Under the pieces are notes generated by a model. That model did not search any database, was not told the origin of the DNA, and was given only the letters and a program-made list of their open reading frames with translations. Positions 18,264 through 27,525 of a stretch of DNA of 64,000 bases are shown piece after piece. This stretch comes from an uncultured Bacillota bacterium (GTDB taxonomy: Bacteria > Bacillota_I > Bacilli_A > RFN20 > CAG-288): contig CASDOO010000033.1 in NCBI GenBank assembly GCA_949282275.1, positions 15,592-79,591 on the forward strand. The letters run 5' to 3'. The translations under genes and the position numbers were made by a program. Numbering within the stretch: position 1 is the first letter of the stretch; every line of letters begins with the position of its first letter.

Positions 18264-19418
18264 ATGGATAACAGCAATCAACTTCGGAAAAGACTTCTTG
18301 CGGCATTGCGGAAGGCAGACTACGACTACGGACTCATACAGGACGGGGACAGAATCCTTGTCGGTCTTTCCGGCGGAAAGGATTCCCTTGCCCTTTTGGA
18401 CCTTCTTGCCGTCTATCGGAAATTCCCGGGAAAGAACTTCTCCCTCTCGGCCATCCATCTCGATTTCGGATTTCCGGCGGTGGATTTTTCGCCTGTCGAG
18501 AACTTTGTCCACGAACTTGGGATCGACTACATTCCCTATGAGGCCAAGGAGGTCTACGGAATCCTCAAGGACAACATCAACCCGAAGACCGGCCTTCTCC
18601 CCTGCTCGATCTGCTCCAGGATGCGCAAGGCCATCGTCAACAAGGCCGCCAATAGACTTGGTTTCTCCAAGGTGGCCTTCGCCCACCACATGGACGACGC
18701 CATCGAGACACTCTTCCTCAACATGGCCTATGGTTCCAGGGTCGCCACATTCGAACCGAAGATGTTCCTCGAGAATGCCAAGATCGAATTCATCCGTCCC
18801 CTTATCTATGTCCGGGAAAGCCAGATCGTCCGCTATGTCACCGCCCGCAATCTTCCCATAGCCAAGAATTCCTGCGGAAACGACAAGAAGACCCAGCGCG
18901 AGACGATGAAGGCCTTCCTTGCCGATCTCTACAAGAAGATCCCGGATGCCGAGAGCAACTTCGCCAACATGCTTTCCAACTATGAGTCCTTCCAGCTCTT
19001 CTTCGACCGATATGGCGCCCATCCCCGCTCGGACATCGAGATCAAGCGCTGCTATACCGGCAAGGACATGCTCGACGTCGCCTTCGTCGGAAAGAAGACA
19101 AAGACGGAAGACGACTTCGTCCTTGGAAATTCCCTTTACTATCTGCTGAGGAAGAAGGGAAAGCCTTTAGCGTACCTCAAGGCCACGGAGCATCAAGACT
19201 TTTCCGTCGATATCCACTATCTTGAAAGGCTTCCGGAAGCTGAGGATAACGACGTTACGTGTCTTCTGGATATCTTCGAGAAGAACCTGTCGATGCGCCA
19301 TGTTCCGCGGGATGTCTTCTATGTCGGAGAGAAAAAACGGGATGTCTTCCTCGCCTTTGGTTATTCCGAGAATGGCGTAAATTTGAAAAAGGCCGTCACA
19401 AAGGCCCTCAAGATGTGA
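18264..19418 (+). CDS. PP-loop ATPase of the TtcA/TtuA tRNA-thiolation family with an extra ~130-aa C-terminal domain
   Basis: SGGKDS PP-loop (VGLSGGKDSLAL) and Cys motifs CSICSRMRK and NSCGNDKK. Residues from about 255 to 384 have no motif I recognise. Confidence 0.8.
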   Translation: MDNSNQLRKRLLAALRKADYDYGLIQDGDRILVGLSGGKDSLALLDLLAVYRKFPGKNFSLSAIHLDFGFPAVDFSPVENFVHELGIDYIPYEAKEVYGILKDNINPKTGLLPCSICSRMRKAIVNKAANRLGFSKVAFAHHMDDAIETLFLNMAYGSRVATFEPKMFLENAKIEFIRPLIYVRESQIVRYVTARNLPIAKNSCGNDKKTQRETMKAFLADLYKKIPDAESNFANMLSNYESFQLFFDRYGAHPRSDIEIKRCYTGKDMLDVAFVGKKTKTEDDFVLGNSLYYLLRKKGKPLAYLKATEHQDFSVDIHYLERLPEAEDNDVTCLLDIFEKNLSMRHVPRDVFYVGEKKRDVFLAFGYSENGVNLKKAVTKALKM

Positions 19419-19541
19419 AAAAGGCTTTTCTTTTTCGCTTTCATGCCTTATAATTCCTATTTGCACCACGACTGGAATAAGGCTTGTTCCTCAAGCACCT
19501 GCCTCTGGTCCCGGCGCAGAAAGAAAACGAGGTAAGAGACA

Positions 19542-19814
19542 ATGGCTCTCACGAAGGAAGAGAAGACGAAGGCAATCGTTGCCAACCGCAGGAACGAGAA
19601 GGACACCGGATCCACCGAGGTCCAGATCGCCATCCTCACCGAGAAGATCAAGAAGCTGACGGTCCACATGACCAACAACACACACGACTACTCCTCCAAG
19701 CGCGGTATGGACAAGATCATTGCCCGCCGCAAGAAGCTCCTTGCCTATCTCAAGAGGGAGAACCCCGAGAAGTACGACGCCGTCCTCAAGTCCATCAAGA
19801 ACAAGAAGAACTAA
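19542..19814 (+). CDS. rpsO: 30S ribosomal protein S15
   Basis: 90 aa, MALTKEEKTKAIVANRRNEKDTGSTEVQIAILTEKIKKLTVHM... Confidence 0.95.
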   Translation: MALTKEEKTKAIVANRRNEKDTGSTEVQIAILTEKIKKLTVHMTNNTHDYSSKRGMDKIIARRKKLLAYLKRENPEKYDAVLKSIKNKKN

Positions 19815-19824
19815 GGATTGCCAG

Positions 19825-19847
19825 GGACCGGGAAACCGGTCCTTTTT
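19825..19847 (+). terminator. rpsO rho-independent terminator
   Basis: ggaccgg-gaaa-ccggtcc followed by ttttt, 11 nt after the rpsO stop. Confidence 0.8.
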
Positions 19848-19986
19848 CATTTCCTATATTTCCGTGGGTTACTGAACGCTAAAGAACCTTTTCCGAAATA
19901 AAAGGAAAGCTGAAAAAAAGCAATAGGAAAGGAAGAGAGCAATCAGCATGAACACATTCCTAGTCTTTCGCAAGGACGGAATATAT

Positions 19987-22332
19987 TTATATCGGAAGGT
20001 CCTTCTTTTCGAAGACGAAGAAGGAAGCACCATAGGTCAGAATGGCTATGAGAAGAAGGCCGATGAGCTTATACCAATAGACCGGACTCCCGGAGAGGAC
20101 AGCCTTGGCATCATAGAGGGAGACGATGGACATGTAGTTGAAGACATTCATCGAATCGATGCGGATGGTCGAGGGCATGGCAGGGCCGCCAAAGAGGCCA
20201 AGGATCGCGGCGACGAGGAAGAAGATGGCAATGCCGCCACCGACGGCAAGGGCTTGCTGCGTCCTATTGAAGATAGCCGAGGAGAGGAAGCAGATTCCGG
20301 AAATCGCCAGCATGACCATGAAGTTGCCAAGGACGAACTTCAGGATCATCTCGTTGGTAAGGGAAGTCATGAAGTCCTCCCCGCCGAGGGCAATGCCAAT
20401 GCCGCGGCTTGCAAGGCCGCCAAGAAGGAGCAGGACGGAAAGGAAGACTTCGCATCCGATGAGGAATGTCATCTGCGTGAAGACGATCTTCCGTCGGCGG
20501 ATGGGAGTCGAGAGGACGAAGGCAAGGGAACCCGATTCGACTTTTCCGGCAAGGAGATCGTTGGAGACGATGATGGTATAGACGATGGGAAGAAGAAGGC
20601 CGGCAAGGCCGAAGAACAGGATGCCGACGAGTATGCCATAGAGATTCATGTCCCCCAATTCCTTGAAGCTCTCCTCGACGTGCGTCGGAAGGGAATCAAG
20701 AATGCCCTGGCTTGCCTGGACGAGCGACAGGAGGAAACGATCCTCGATACTTTCAATGTCGGCATTGTCCTCGAGATGATAGGAAAAGGAAGACATAGCG
20801 CCGAGGGCTTCGTTCTCGACAAGGATAAGGATCTCGCTACCGGAAAGTCCCTGCTTGTCCATCGTGATGTCCTCGATGGAATCGACTTCGAAGACGGAAA
20901 GGATCTGCTCCTCGGCCTGGTCGAGGATATCCACAAGGGCTCTCTTTTGGATGGCTTCCCTGTGGATGGTGCCCATGGGCAGGGGATCCTTCCCTTCGAC
21001 ATAGTAGTTATCGACGCCGCTTTCGAGGGAAAGGGCATACTCCGTCAGGAAGGAATCCAGGTAGTTCTCCAGCATGGCGGATTGCTCCATGGCAAGATGC
21101 CTGGCGGTCTGGATTTCCTCTTCCTTGTAGTCTTCCCCGGTCAGCTCCTTCTTGTGCCTTTTTTCAAGCAGGCTGCTGTCTTTCCCCATGCCGGCGGCAA
21201 CGGGTATCATCCTGTCGGGCTGATAGCTATCGAGGATGACTTTGCCTCCGCTTTCGTCAAGACAATAGGGACGGCCAAGCTCGTCGGTAAGATATTGCAC
21301 CTCGAAGGAAGGGAGATAGGCAAGGTAGGAATAATTCCCGAGAAGCGACTGTAAACAGTCCTTGCAGGCATCGATGAGAATCCGGTCACGATAGCCGATG
21401 TCCGAAGAAGATACTTTCTCGTTGTTTCGGAAAGCGGCGAGGTTTTCTTCCCTTCCCTGTCGAATGGAATCGACGAAGGCGGTAATAGCTTTTTCGCCAT
21501 CCCCTTTCACAAGGACAGGAATGGCATTCGAGAGGAAATGGTAGGTCAGATCAAAACCGGATGTTCCGGTTTCCTTGTAATAGGTATAGCATTCCTCGTA
21601 TTTTCCGGCGATTTCCTCACTTTTGGAGGGGGAGAGGGAAAATTCCTCCTGAAGCGTTTGGGATAGGAAGAGTGCGACGCCGTTTCGAAAACAGGCGCCC
21701 CACTCAAATTCCGCCTGCGTGTCTTTCATTTCGCGATAGGCATCAAGCTGGCAGGACAAGGCCGTCGGTATCCTGTCGGCATAGTCGGCAAGGCCCGGGA
21801 AGAGTCCGGTCACAGTGGAGACAAGCAAGTCCGCATCGGAAAGGACGGCATCCTTTGCTTCCTCATGGCGGATTTCCGGATCCGTCTCCAGGCTTTCCTC
21901 AAAGGCCCTGTCATAGGGATCGTAAAGAAGCGTCTCCATTCCCCTTTGATAAACGACATTCGTTTCCAGGTCATCCGAGAAATCGAAACTCAGGGCAAGC
22001 ATGTCTCCCATCTCCTCGCCCTTCGTCGCAAGAATGTTTCCGGGGTAGCGATAAAGGAGGACGGAGGCTTCATAGGCCGTGTCCATGGCAATGCTTCCCT
22101 GACTGACGAGGGCGAGCATGTCGGAATTGGAAAAGAGCGTCTTGAGGGACTGCTGGGTGGAATTGAGGTCCAGGGTCGAAAGGATCATGACCACGACGAT
22201 GCAGATGATGGCATTGCCAAGACCGCAGATTGCCGTTGCCAAGCCGTTGGACTTGATGGATTCCTTGAGTAGGGGCCAGGACCAGGGCGTTTTTATGGTT
22301 CTTCTTTTCTTTGGTGTCGCGTTGGTTTTCAT
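19987..22332 (-). CDS. ABC-2-type transporter permease with a very large (~500 aa) extracytoplasmic domain
   Basis: An N-terminal TM (LATAICGLGNAIICIVVVMILS) is followed by a long soluble region and a C-terminal cluster of about 6 TM helices. The start at ATG 22332 forms an ATGA overlap with the upstream ATPase stop. The longer track ORF (to 22416) is rejected. Confidence 0.7.
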   Translation of the reverse strand: MKTNATPKKRRTIKTPWSWPLLKESIKSNGLATAICGLGNAIICIVVVMILSTLDLNSTQQSLKTLFSNSDMLALVSQGSIAMDTAYEASVLLYRYPGNILATKGEEMGDMLALSFDFSDDLETNVVYQRGMETLLYDPYDRAFEESLETDPEIRHEEAKDAVLSDADLLVSTVTGLFPGLADYADRIPTALSCQLDAYREMKDTQAEFEWGACFRNGVALFLSQTLQEEFSLSPSKSEEIAGKYEECYTYYKETGTSGFDLTYHFLSNAIPVLVKGDGEKAITAFVDSIRQGREENLAAFRNNEKVSSSDIGYRDRILIDACKDCLQSLLGNYSYLAYLPSFEVQYLTDELGRPYCLDESGGKVILDSYQPDRMIPVAAGMGKDSSLLEKRHKKELTGEDYKEEEIQTARHLAMEQSAMLENYLDSFLTEYALSLESGVDNYYVEGKDPLPMGTIHREAIQKRALVDILDQAEEQILSVFEVDSIEDITMDKQGLSGSEILILVENEALGAMSSFSYHLEDNADIESIEDRFLLSLVQASQGILDSLPTHVEESFKELGDMNLYGILVGILFFGLAGLLLPIVYTIIVSNDLLAGKVESGSLAFVLSTPIRRRKIVFTQMTFLIGCEVFLSVLLLLGGLASRGIGIALGGEDFMTSLTNEMILKFVLGNFMVMLAISGICFLSSAIFNRTQQALAVGGGIAIFFLVAAILGLFGGPAMPSTIRIDSMNVFNYMSIVSLYDAKAVLSGSPVYWYKLIGLLLIAILTYGASFFVFEKKDLPI

Positions 22333-23219
22333 TTGCCTTTCTCCTTTTTGGAAAAGTAGTCCCGCAGGCCGAAACGCTTCTCGTAGAGGAACAATACTGG
22401 CATGGCAGATAGCCACTCAATGAAGGAAGCGGTGTCCTTTCTATCGATTGCAAGGGTATAGATTCCCTGTTCCGTCGAAGAGGGATTGGCATGGATGAAC
22501 TTTGGGAAGTCCAAGGGAGTATGTGGCCCGAAGCCGACTTGGTAGGCCTTCTTCTCGGGATCGTTGATGGAGGAGAGGTCCACGACGTCGACAATCCTTC
22601 CCTCTTCGATACGGATGGCCCTGTCGCATATGGCCTCGATTTCCTCATAGTCGTTGGAGACAAGAAGGAGCGTCTTTCCTTCCTGCTTTTCCCGTTTCAT
22701 CTGGCGGAGGAATTCCTCGCGCATGAGGGGATCGAGTCCGTTGGTGGGTTCGTCCATCAGCAGGATGGTGCAGTCTCCCATCAGGGCGGAGACAAGGGCA
22801 AGCTTTTCCTTCATGCCCTTGCTCATCCGCCTTGGCCTGGCGCGGATGTCCAGCTGGAAGGCCTGAATGAGAAAGTCGGCCTTCGTCGAGGAATCGATGC
22901 CCAAAAGCGCCATCTGCTCGTGGAGGAATTCCTTTCCGGAAGGGAGGTCGGGATAGTTGATTTCGCCAGGAACATAGGAAATCTTCTTTCGCATGGCGGC
23001 GTTTTCCTCGTCGAGAGGTTTTCCAAGGATTCGGACCTGGCCTTTGTCCGGACGGACGAAATCCATGACAAGCCGCATGATTGTCGACTTTCCGGCCCCG
23101 CTTTCGCCCATGATGGCGACGAATTCGTTCTCGCCAACGGAAAAGGAGACGTCGAAGACGCCTTTTCCCTTCCCGAAATCCTTGGTAAGGCCTTTGACGA
23201 CAAGGACTTCGCTTTTCAT
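22329..23219 (-). CDS. ABC transporter ATP-binding protein
   Basis: Walker A GESGAGKSTIM, signature MSKGMKEKL and Walker B LLMDEPTNGLD. Confidence 0.9.
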   Translation of the reverse strand: MKSEVLVVKGLTKDFGKGKGVFDVSFSVGENEFVAIMGESGAGKSTIMRLVMDFVRPDKGQVRILGKPLDEENAAMRKKISYVPGEINYPDLPSGKEFLHEQMALLGIDSSTKADFLIQAFQLDIRARPRRMSKGMKEKLALVSALMGDCTILLMDEPTNGLDPLMREEFLRQMKREKQEGKTLLLVSNDYEEIEAICDRAIRIEEGRIVDVVDLSSINDPEKKAYQVGFGPHTPLDFPKFIHANPSSTEQGIYTLAIDRKDTASFIEWLSAMPVLFLYEKRFGLRDYFSKKEKGK

Positions 23220-24124
23220 AATCCCGAATAGGTCCTTTCTTCCTTGTAGTAGGAAAGGAACAGCTCGCGCAGAGTCTTCTTCCTTGGGGAAAAGTCCACG
23301 ACGTCCAAGCCCTTCAGGGTCTCCAGGAAGGCAGGAAGGCGTTCGTCCTCGAAGCGATAGATGAGTTCCCTTTTTGCCGTATCCCTCGAAAAAGGCAGGA
23401 AGGCAGAAGAGGCCGAAAGCCTTTCGAAATCCCTGTCATTGCCCAAGACGACCACGCATGTCTTTTCGCCACCGCGAATCAACTCTTCCTTTCCGATGCG
23501 CGCGACGATCCTTCCGTCCTTGATGACGATGACCCTGTCGCTGGCCTTCTCGACCTCGGCAAAGACATGGCTGGAGAAAAGGACGGTCTTGCCCTTTCGG
23601 CGTTGGGCATCGAAAAAGTCGAGAAAGACGGTCTGCATGACCGGATCCAGTCCGGAAGAAGGCTCGTCGAGAATCAGGATCTCGGGATCGAAGAGGAAGG
23701 TATTGACGATGGCGGTCTTCCTCTTGCTGCCAAGGGACATGTCGCCGCAGCGCTCATCGAGATCCAGCTGGAAGAGGGAGGCAAGGGATTCCATCCTGCC
23801 GATATCGCCCTTTTTCCTTAGGGCCATCTGCTCCATGAGGAATTCCCTTCCGGTCAGGGGCTTCGGGAGGGCGATTTCCCCCGGGAGATAGCCGACTTGG
23901 GAAAGTGTCGCGCGATCCTTGGCGACATCCTTGCCGAGAATCGTCGCCTTGCCGGAATCGGGCTTCGAGAAACCGAGAAGATGGCGTATCGTCGTCGATT
24001 TTCCGGCACCGTTGGGACCCAGGAAGCCCACGCATTCGCCTTCTTCCACCGAAAAGGATACGTCGAAGACGCCCCGTTGCTGGGAATAGTCCTTCGTCAG
24101 GTGCTGAATATCGATGACTGTCAT
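23216..24124 (-). CDS. ABC transporter ATP-binding protein (first gene of the operon)
   Basis: Walker A GPNGAGKSTTI, signature LSLGSKRK and Walker B LILDEPSSGLD. It has a 4-nt overlap with the next ATPase. Confidence 0.9.
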   Translation of the reverse strand: MTVIDIQHLTKDYSQQRGVFDVSFSVEEGECVGFLGPNGAGKSTTIRHLLGFSKPDSGKATILGKDVAKDRATLSQVGYLPGEIALPKPLTGREFLMEQMALRKKGDIGRMESLASLFQLDLDERCGDMSLGSKRKTAIVNTFLFDPEILILDEPSSGLDPVMQTVFLDFFDAQRRKGKTVLFSSHVFAEVEKASDRVIVIKDGRIVARIGKEELIRGGEKTCVVVLGNDRDFERLSASSAFLPFSRDTAKRELIYRFEDERLPAFLETLKGLDVVDFSPRKKTLRELFLSYYKEERTYSGL

Positions 24125-24192
24125 TCTCTTTCCAAAAACCTCATAATATCAAGTATAATATATAACGATTTTCACTCCAAGAAAGGATGCCC

Positions 24193-24777
24193 ATGGCCAC
24201 AACGAATCGAAAAGCGGACCTCCGCTCCAAGCGCAGCCAGAAGAGGCTTTCCAGTGCCCTTCTCGTTTTGCTCAAGGAGAAGGAAATCGAGAAGATCTCC
24301 GTCAAGGAAATCGCCGCGTTGGCCGAGGTTTCTCCCTTGACTTTCTACAATCACTTCCGCAACAAGCTCGACCTTCTCGACTACTGCTTCTACGATCACC
24401 TCCAGCCCATCCTCTCTTCCCTGCCTTCGCTCATCAAGGGGGCAAGCGATGCCGAGGAAGCGCTCGAAAGGATCGTGCGCGCCTTCGTCCACTTTGTCTT
24501 CGAGAATCTCGACGTCCTGCGCAACCTCGTCCAGAACGATAGCTCCCGGACGATCTATTGGGCGATGACAAAGGTCGACAATGCCATCTTCCAGGACCTT
24601 CGCGCCAAGAACGGCCATCTTTTCCGGTATGCCAACCTTCCCGACAGGGTCGTCGACACCTTTTTTGCCGGCGGCCTGACCTATCTGATCTATGAGCTGA
24701 TCCGGACCGAGGCCGGCTATACGGAGGAGGAAGCCACGGCCTACTTCGTCCGTCTGGTCCAGGCCTACCCTTCCTGA
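24193..24777 (+). CDS. TetR/AcrR family transcriptional regulator
   Basis: HTH ISVKEIAALAEVSPLTFYNHFRNK. It is divergent from the ABC operon. ATG 24193 lies 5 nt after AAAGGA, and the in-frame alternative ATG 24187 directly abuts the SD. Confidence 0.85.
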   Translation: MATTNRKADLRSKRSQKRLSSALLVLLKEKEIEKISVKEIAALAEVSPLTFYNHFRNKLDLLDYCFYDHLQPILSSLPSLIKGASDAEEALERIVRAFVHFVFENLDVLRNLVQNDSSRTIYWAMTKVDNAIFQDLRAKNGHLFRYANLPDRVVDTFFAGGLTYLIYELIRTEAGYTEEEATAYFVRLVQAYPS

Positions 24778-24783
24778 GGAGAC

Positions 24784-25287
24784 ATGAGTCCAATGCTAAA
24801 GGAAATCGCACTGCGGAGAAGCGTCCGCTCGTATACCAGCGCCCCTATCGTGAGGGAGAAGATGGAAGCGGTCCTCCAGGCCGGAAACCATGCCCCGACG
24901 GGCTGCAACAGACAGAATCTTCTTTTCGTCGGGATACTGGATGCCAAGATCCGGAATGCCCTTTTCGAATACCTGGACGGAGGCAGGGCCTATTATGGCG
25001 CCACGGGAATCGTCCTCGTCTTCGAAAGGACGAAGGATCCCCTGACATTGCAGAATGCCGGCGCGGCGATGGAGAACATGCTTCTGGAGGCGGTGCACCA
25101 GGGCCTGTCCGCCTGCTGGATACATTCCGTTGTCGCAAGTCTCAACGCTCCGAAGGGAAAGGCTTTCCTCCGTGAGCTCCTTGGACTTGGTGATGAGTAC
25201 GACCTTGTCGAGAGCCTGGCTTTAGGCTATTCCGACGAAAAGACGCAGGAGAAGAAGCGAAATGCCGAAAACGTCATCCTCCTGTGA
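24784..25287 (+). CDS. Nitroreductase family protein
   Basis: RRSVRSY motif, HAPTGCNRQ and 167 aa, starting 6 nt after the tetR stop. Confidence 0.85.
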   Translation: MSPMLKEIALRRSVRSYTSAPIVREKMEAVLQAGNHAPTGCNRQNLLFVGILDAKIRNALFEYLDGGRAYYGATGIVLVFERTKDPLTLQNAGAAMENMLLEAVHQGLSACWIHSVVASLNAPKGKAFLRELLGLGDEYDLVESLALGYSDEKTQEKKRNAENVILL

Positions 25288-26404
25288 TCTTCTTGTTGTC
25301 GGCGGCGGCATTGCCGGCTGCTTCCTTTCCGCCCTTCTTGGAAGCCAGAGGGAGATCCTTGTCGTCGACACCGAGGAAAAGAAGGAAAACCTGGCAAGGC
25401 GCATCAAAGTCAGCGGAAACGGGCGCTGCAATTTCTTCATTGCCGACTTGCTTGCGGATGCCTTTTCGGAATTCCCTCTTTCGAAACTGGACCGTTTCTT
25501 CCATACGAATAATGAGAACGCCGCAAAGGAGACGCTTTCCATTCTCGAAGGACGCTTCGGAATCGCCTCGTTTCGTGAAGGCAAGCTCTTCTATCCTTTC
25601 TTCAATCGTTCCGAATGCGTCTGGAAGCCTATTTGGGATGCCTTTTGCGAGAGTTCGGCCGCTTTTCTTTCCGGGGAAGTCGTCCGAATCGACCGGACAA
25701 ACAGGATCTGCCACGTCCATTCCAAGGATGGCGAAAGGGAAATCCATTATCGGGACATTGTCCTTGCAAGCGGCGGCATCAGCTATGACCGCAATCCGGA
25801 GCAGGCGTCCTTCCTCAATTCGCTTGGCATTCCCTATTTCCCTTTCTCGCCATCGCTTTGCCCCGTCCGGGTAAAGGAAAGGATTCCGCCCTATCTGGTC
25901 GGGAACCGCCTCAGGGGAAGGATTTCCCTGCTTGCGGACAGAAAGGAAATCCATGCGGAAGAAGGCGAGATCCTTTTCAAGGACGATGGCCTTTCGGGCA
26001 TCGCCGTCTTCAACCTGAGCCTTTTCGTCAACGAGTGCCTGAGACGAAACCGCGACGCCTTTCTTTCCTTCCGTATCGACTATTCCAGCCATGACGGCTT
26101 CGATGGGCAGTCCTGTTCCTTGGCGGCCTTTCCCCACTTCCTCTCCCGTTATCTTGAGGAGAGAGCACTTTCCCCATTCGAACCTCTTTCCTTTTCCTTC
26201 TCCGCACTGTATCCTTTTCGGTATTCCCAAGTCAGTTACGGCGGTCTTCTTCCCGAATCCTTCCGCAACGATTTCGCTTTGCGCAAGGATAATTCCTTCC
26301 ATGCCATCGGCGAGGCGCTGGACATCAATCTTCCCTGTGGTGGGTACAACATCGGCTTTGCCCTCACGTCCGCCTATATCCTTTCCAAGGCCTTACGGAG
26401 GTAA
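25262..26404 (+). CDS. HI0933/BaiN-like NAD(P)/FAD-dependent flavoprotein
   Basis: DLLVVGGGIAGCF dinucleotide-binding motif and SGNGRCNFF, characteristic of the HI0933 family. It overlaps the nitroreductase gene by 26 nt. Confidence 0.8.
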   Translation: MPKTSSSCDLLVVGGGIAGCFLSALLGSQREILVVDTEEKKENLARRIKVSGNGRCNFFIADLLADAFSEFPLSKLDRFFHTNNENAAKETLSILEGRFGIASFREGKLFYPFFNRSECVWKPIWDAFCESSAAFLSGEVVRIDRTNRICHVHSKDGEREIHYRDIVLASGGISYDRNPEQASFLNSLGIPYFPFSPSLCPVRVKERIPPYLVGNRLRGRISLLADRKEIHAEEGEILFKDDGLSGIAVFNLSLFVNECLRRNRDAFLSFRIDYSSHDGFDGQSCSLAAFPHFLSRYLEERALSPFEPLSFSFSALYPFRYSQVSYGGLLPESFRNDFALRKDNSFHAIGEALDINLPCGGYNIGFALTSAYILSKALRR

Positions 26405-26406
26405 TC

Positions 26407-27525
26407 ATGGAACAGAGCATTCTTCGTATCGTCCGCAATCGTCTCCGGGAACGCTTTTCCGAGGAGGAAGCTTCCGGCATCGTCCAAGTCTGCCAGGGCA
26501 TGTATGCCCGGATTTCCCGAAAGGAAGGAAAAATTCTGGATTTCCAGGGGGATTTCGACAAGTCCTTCTTCCGCCTCAATGCCTTTCTGGACGGAGCGAT
26601 CTGCGCCTATCTGTTCGATAGACTGACGGACAAGAAGGATGAAGAGAAGGGGAACAAGGATGCGATCGATAGGGGCGTTGCCCTCTTCGAGCTTTTCGTC
26701 GATTCCTCGCCCAGTCCCAACGTTCCCGACTGCCTCCAGCCCTATCACCCCTTCGTCATGTGTCTGAGGGCATCCTGTCGCTTTCTGGAAGCCATCAACA
26801 GGCCGCTTTCCCACGTCAATCCGACCCTGAGCCTCATCAACGACATCTTCGAGACCATCTTCCGAAAGGTGACGGGCTACTGCCAGATGCTGACCTTGGG
26901 CCTCTATCCGGATGGCTTCGTCGCCTGGCGCACGCTCCACGAGTCGGAATGCATCGTCTCCCTTCTGGTCCGTGGCGGGGAAAAGGTCCGGCAGGCCTAT
27001 GTCCGCCACATCGCCTACAACAACGTCTATCGGAACAAGGAGGAGTTCACCACCGAGGAGCTGGATGCGACCTTTTTCGAAATCAAGGAGGAAATGCGCC
27101 GGCATGGGCTCAAGAGCAAGGACATGAAGAAATTCATCGAATACGGCTGGCTCTTTTCCCATCCCCTCTATTCGGCGGACGATCTCCAGTTCAAGCTCAA
27201 CTTCCGCGATGGCGTCGAAAGACTCTCCGGACTCTCGCGCTACAGCAAGGTCTATGAAGGGGCAAGCGAGATCGCACATTCCTCCTCCGCCTTCTTCTAT
27301 GTCAACGATGCCTTCTGCCGGGACCTTTCCCTGGCCATGGTCTATCAAAGCTATTTGCGGATTGCCGGTTTCTTCGACGAATACATGCGTGTCTATTTTG
27401 CCCTTCACCCGGAACAGAAGAAGAGCGCCGATTCCTTCCTGGAGGACTGTCGGATTCTCTCCGGTCTCCTGGAGGAGAAGGTCGGAACGATAAAGGAGAT
27501 GGAAGATGCAGAAAAGGAAGATTGA
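26407..27525 (+). CDS. Hypothetical protein (372 aa, appears helix-rich, no recognised motif)
   Basis: The GGAGG SD sits inside the end of the upstream gene. Codon usage matches its neighbours, and it is translationally coupled on both sides. Confidence 0.6.
   Translation: MEQSILRIVRNRLRERFSEEEASGIVQVCQGMYARISRKEGKILDFQGDFDKSFFRLNAFLDGAICAYLFDRLTDKKDEEKGNKDAIDRGVALFELFVDSSPSPNVPDCLQPYHPFVMCLRASCRFLEAINRPLSHVNPTLSLINDIFETIFRKVTGYCQMLTLGLYPDGFVAWRTLHESECIVSLLVRGGEKVRQAYVRHIAYNNVYRNKEEFTTEELDATFFEIKEEMRRHGLKSKDMKKFIEYGWLFSHPLYSADDLQFKLNFRDGVERLSGLSRYSKVYEGASEIAHSSSAFFYVNDAFCRDLSLAMVYQSYLRIAGFFDEYMRVYFALHPEQKKSADSFLEDCRILSGLLEEKVGTIKEMEDAEKED

Noticed and set aside
24125-24192. Palindromic TetR operator in the divergent ABC/tetR region
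   Set aside because: Only direct ATAATAT repeats and generic AT-rich -10-like boxes are present. I could not find a convincing dyad by eye.
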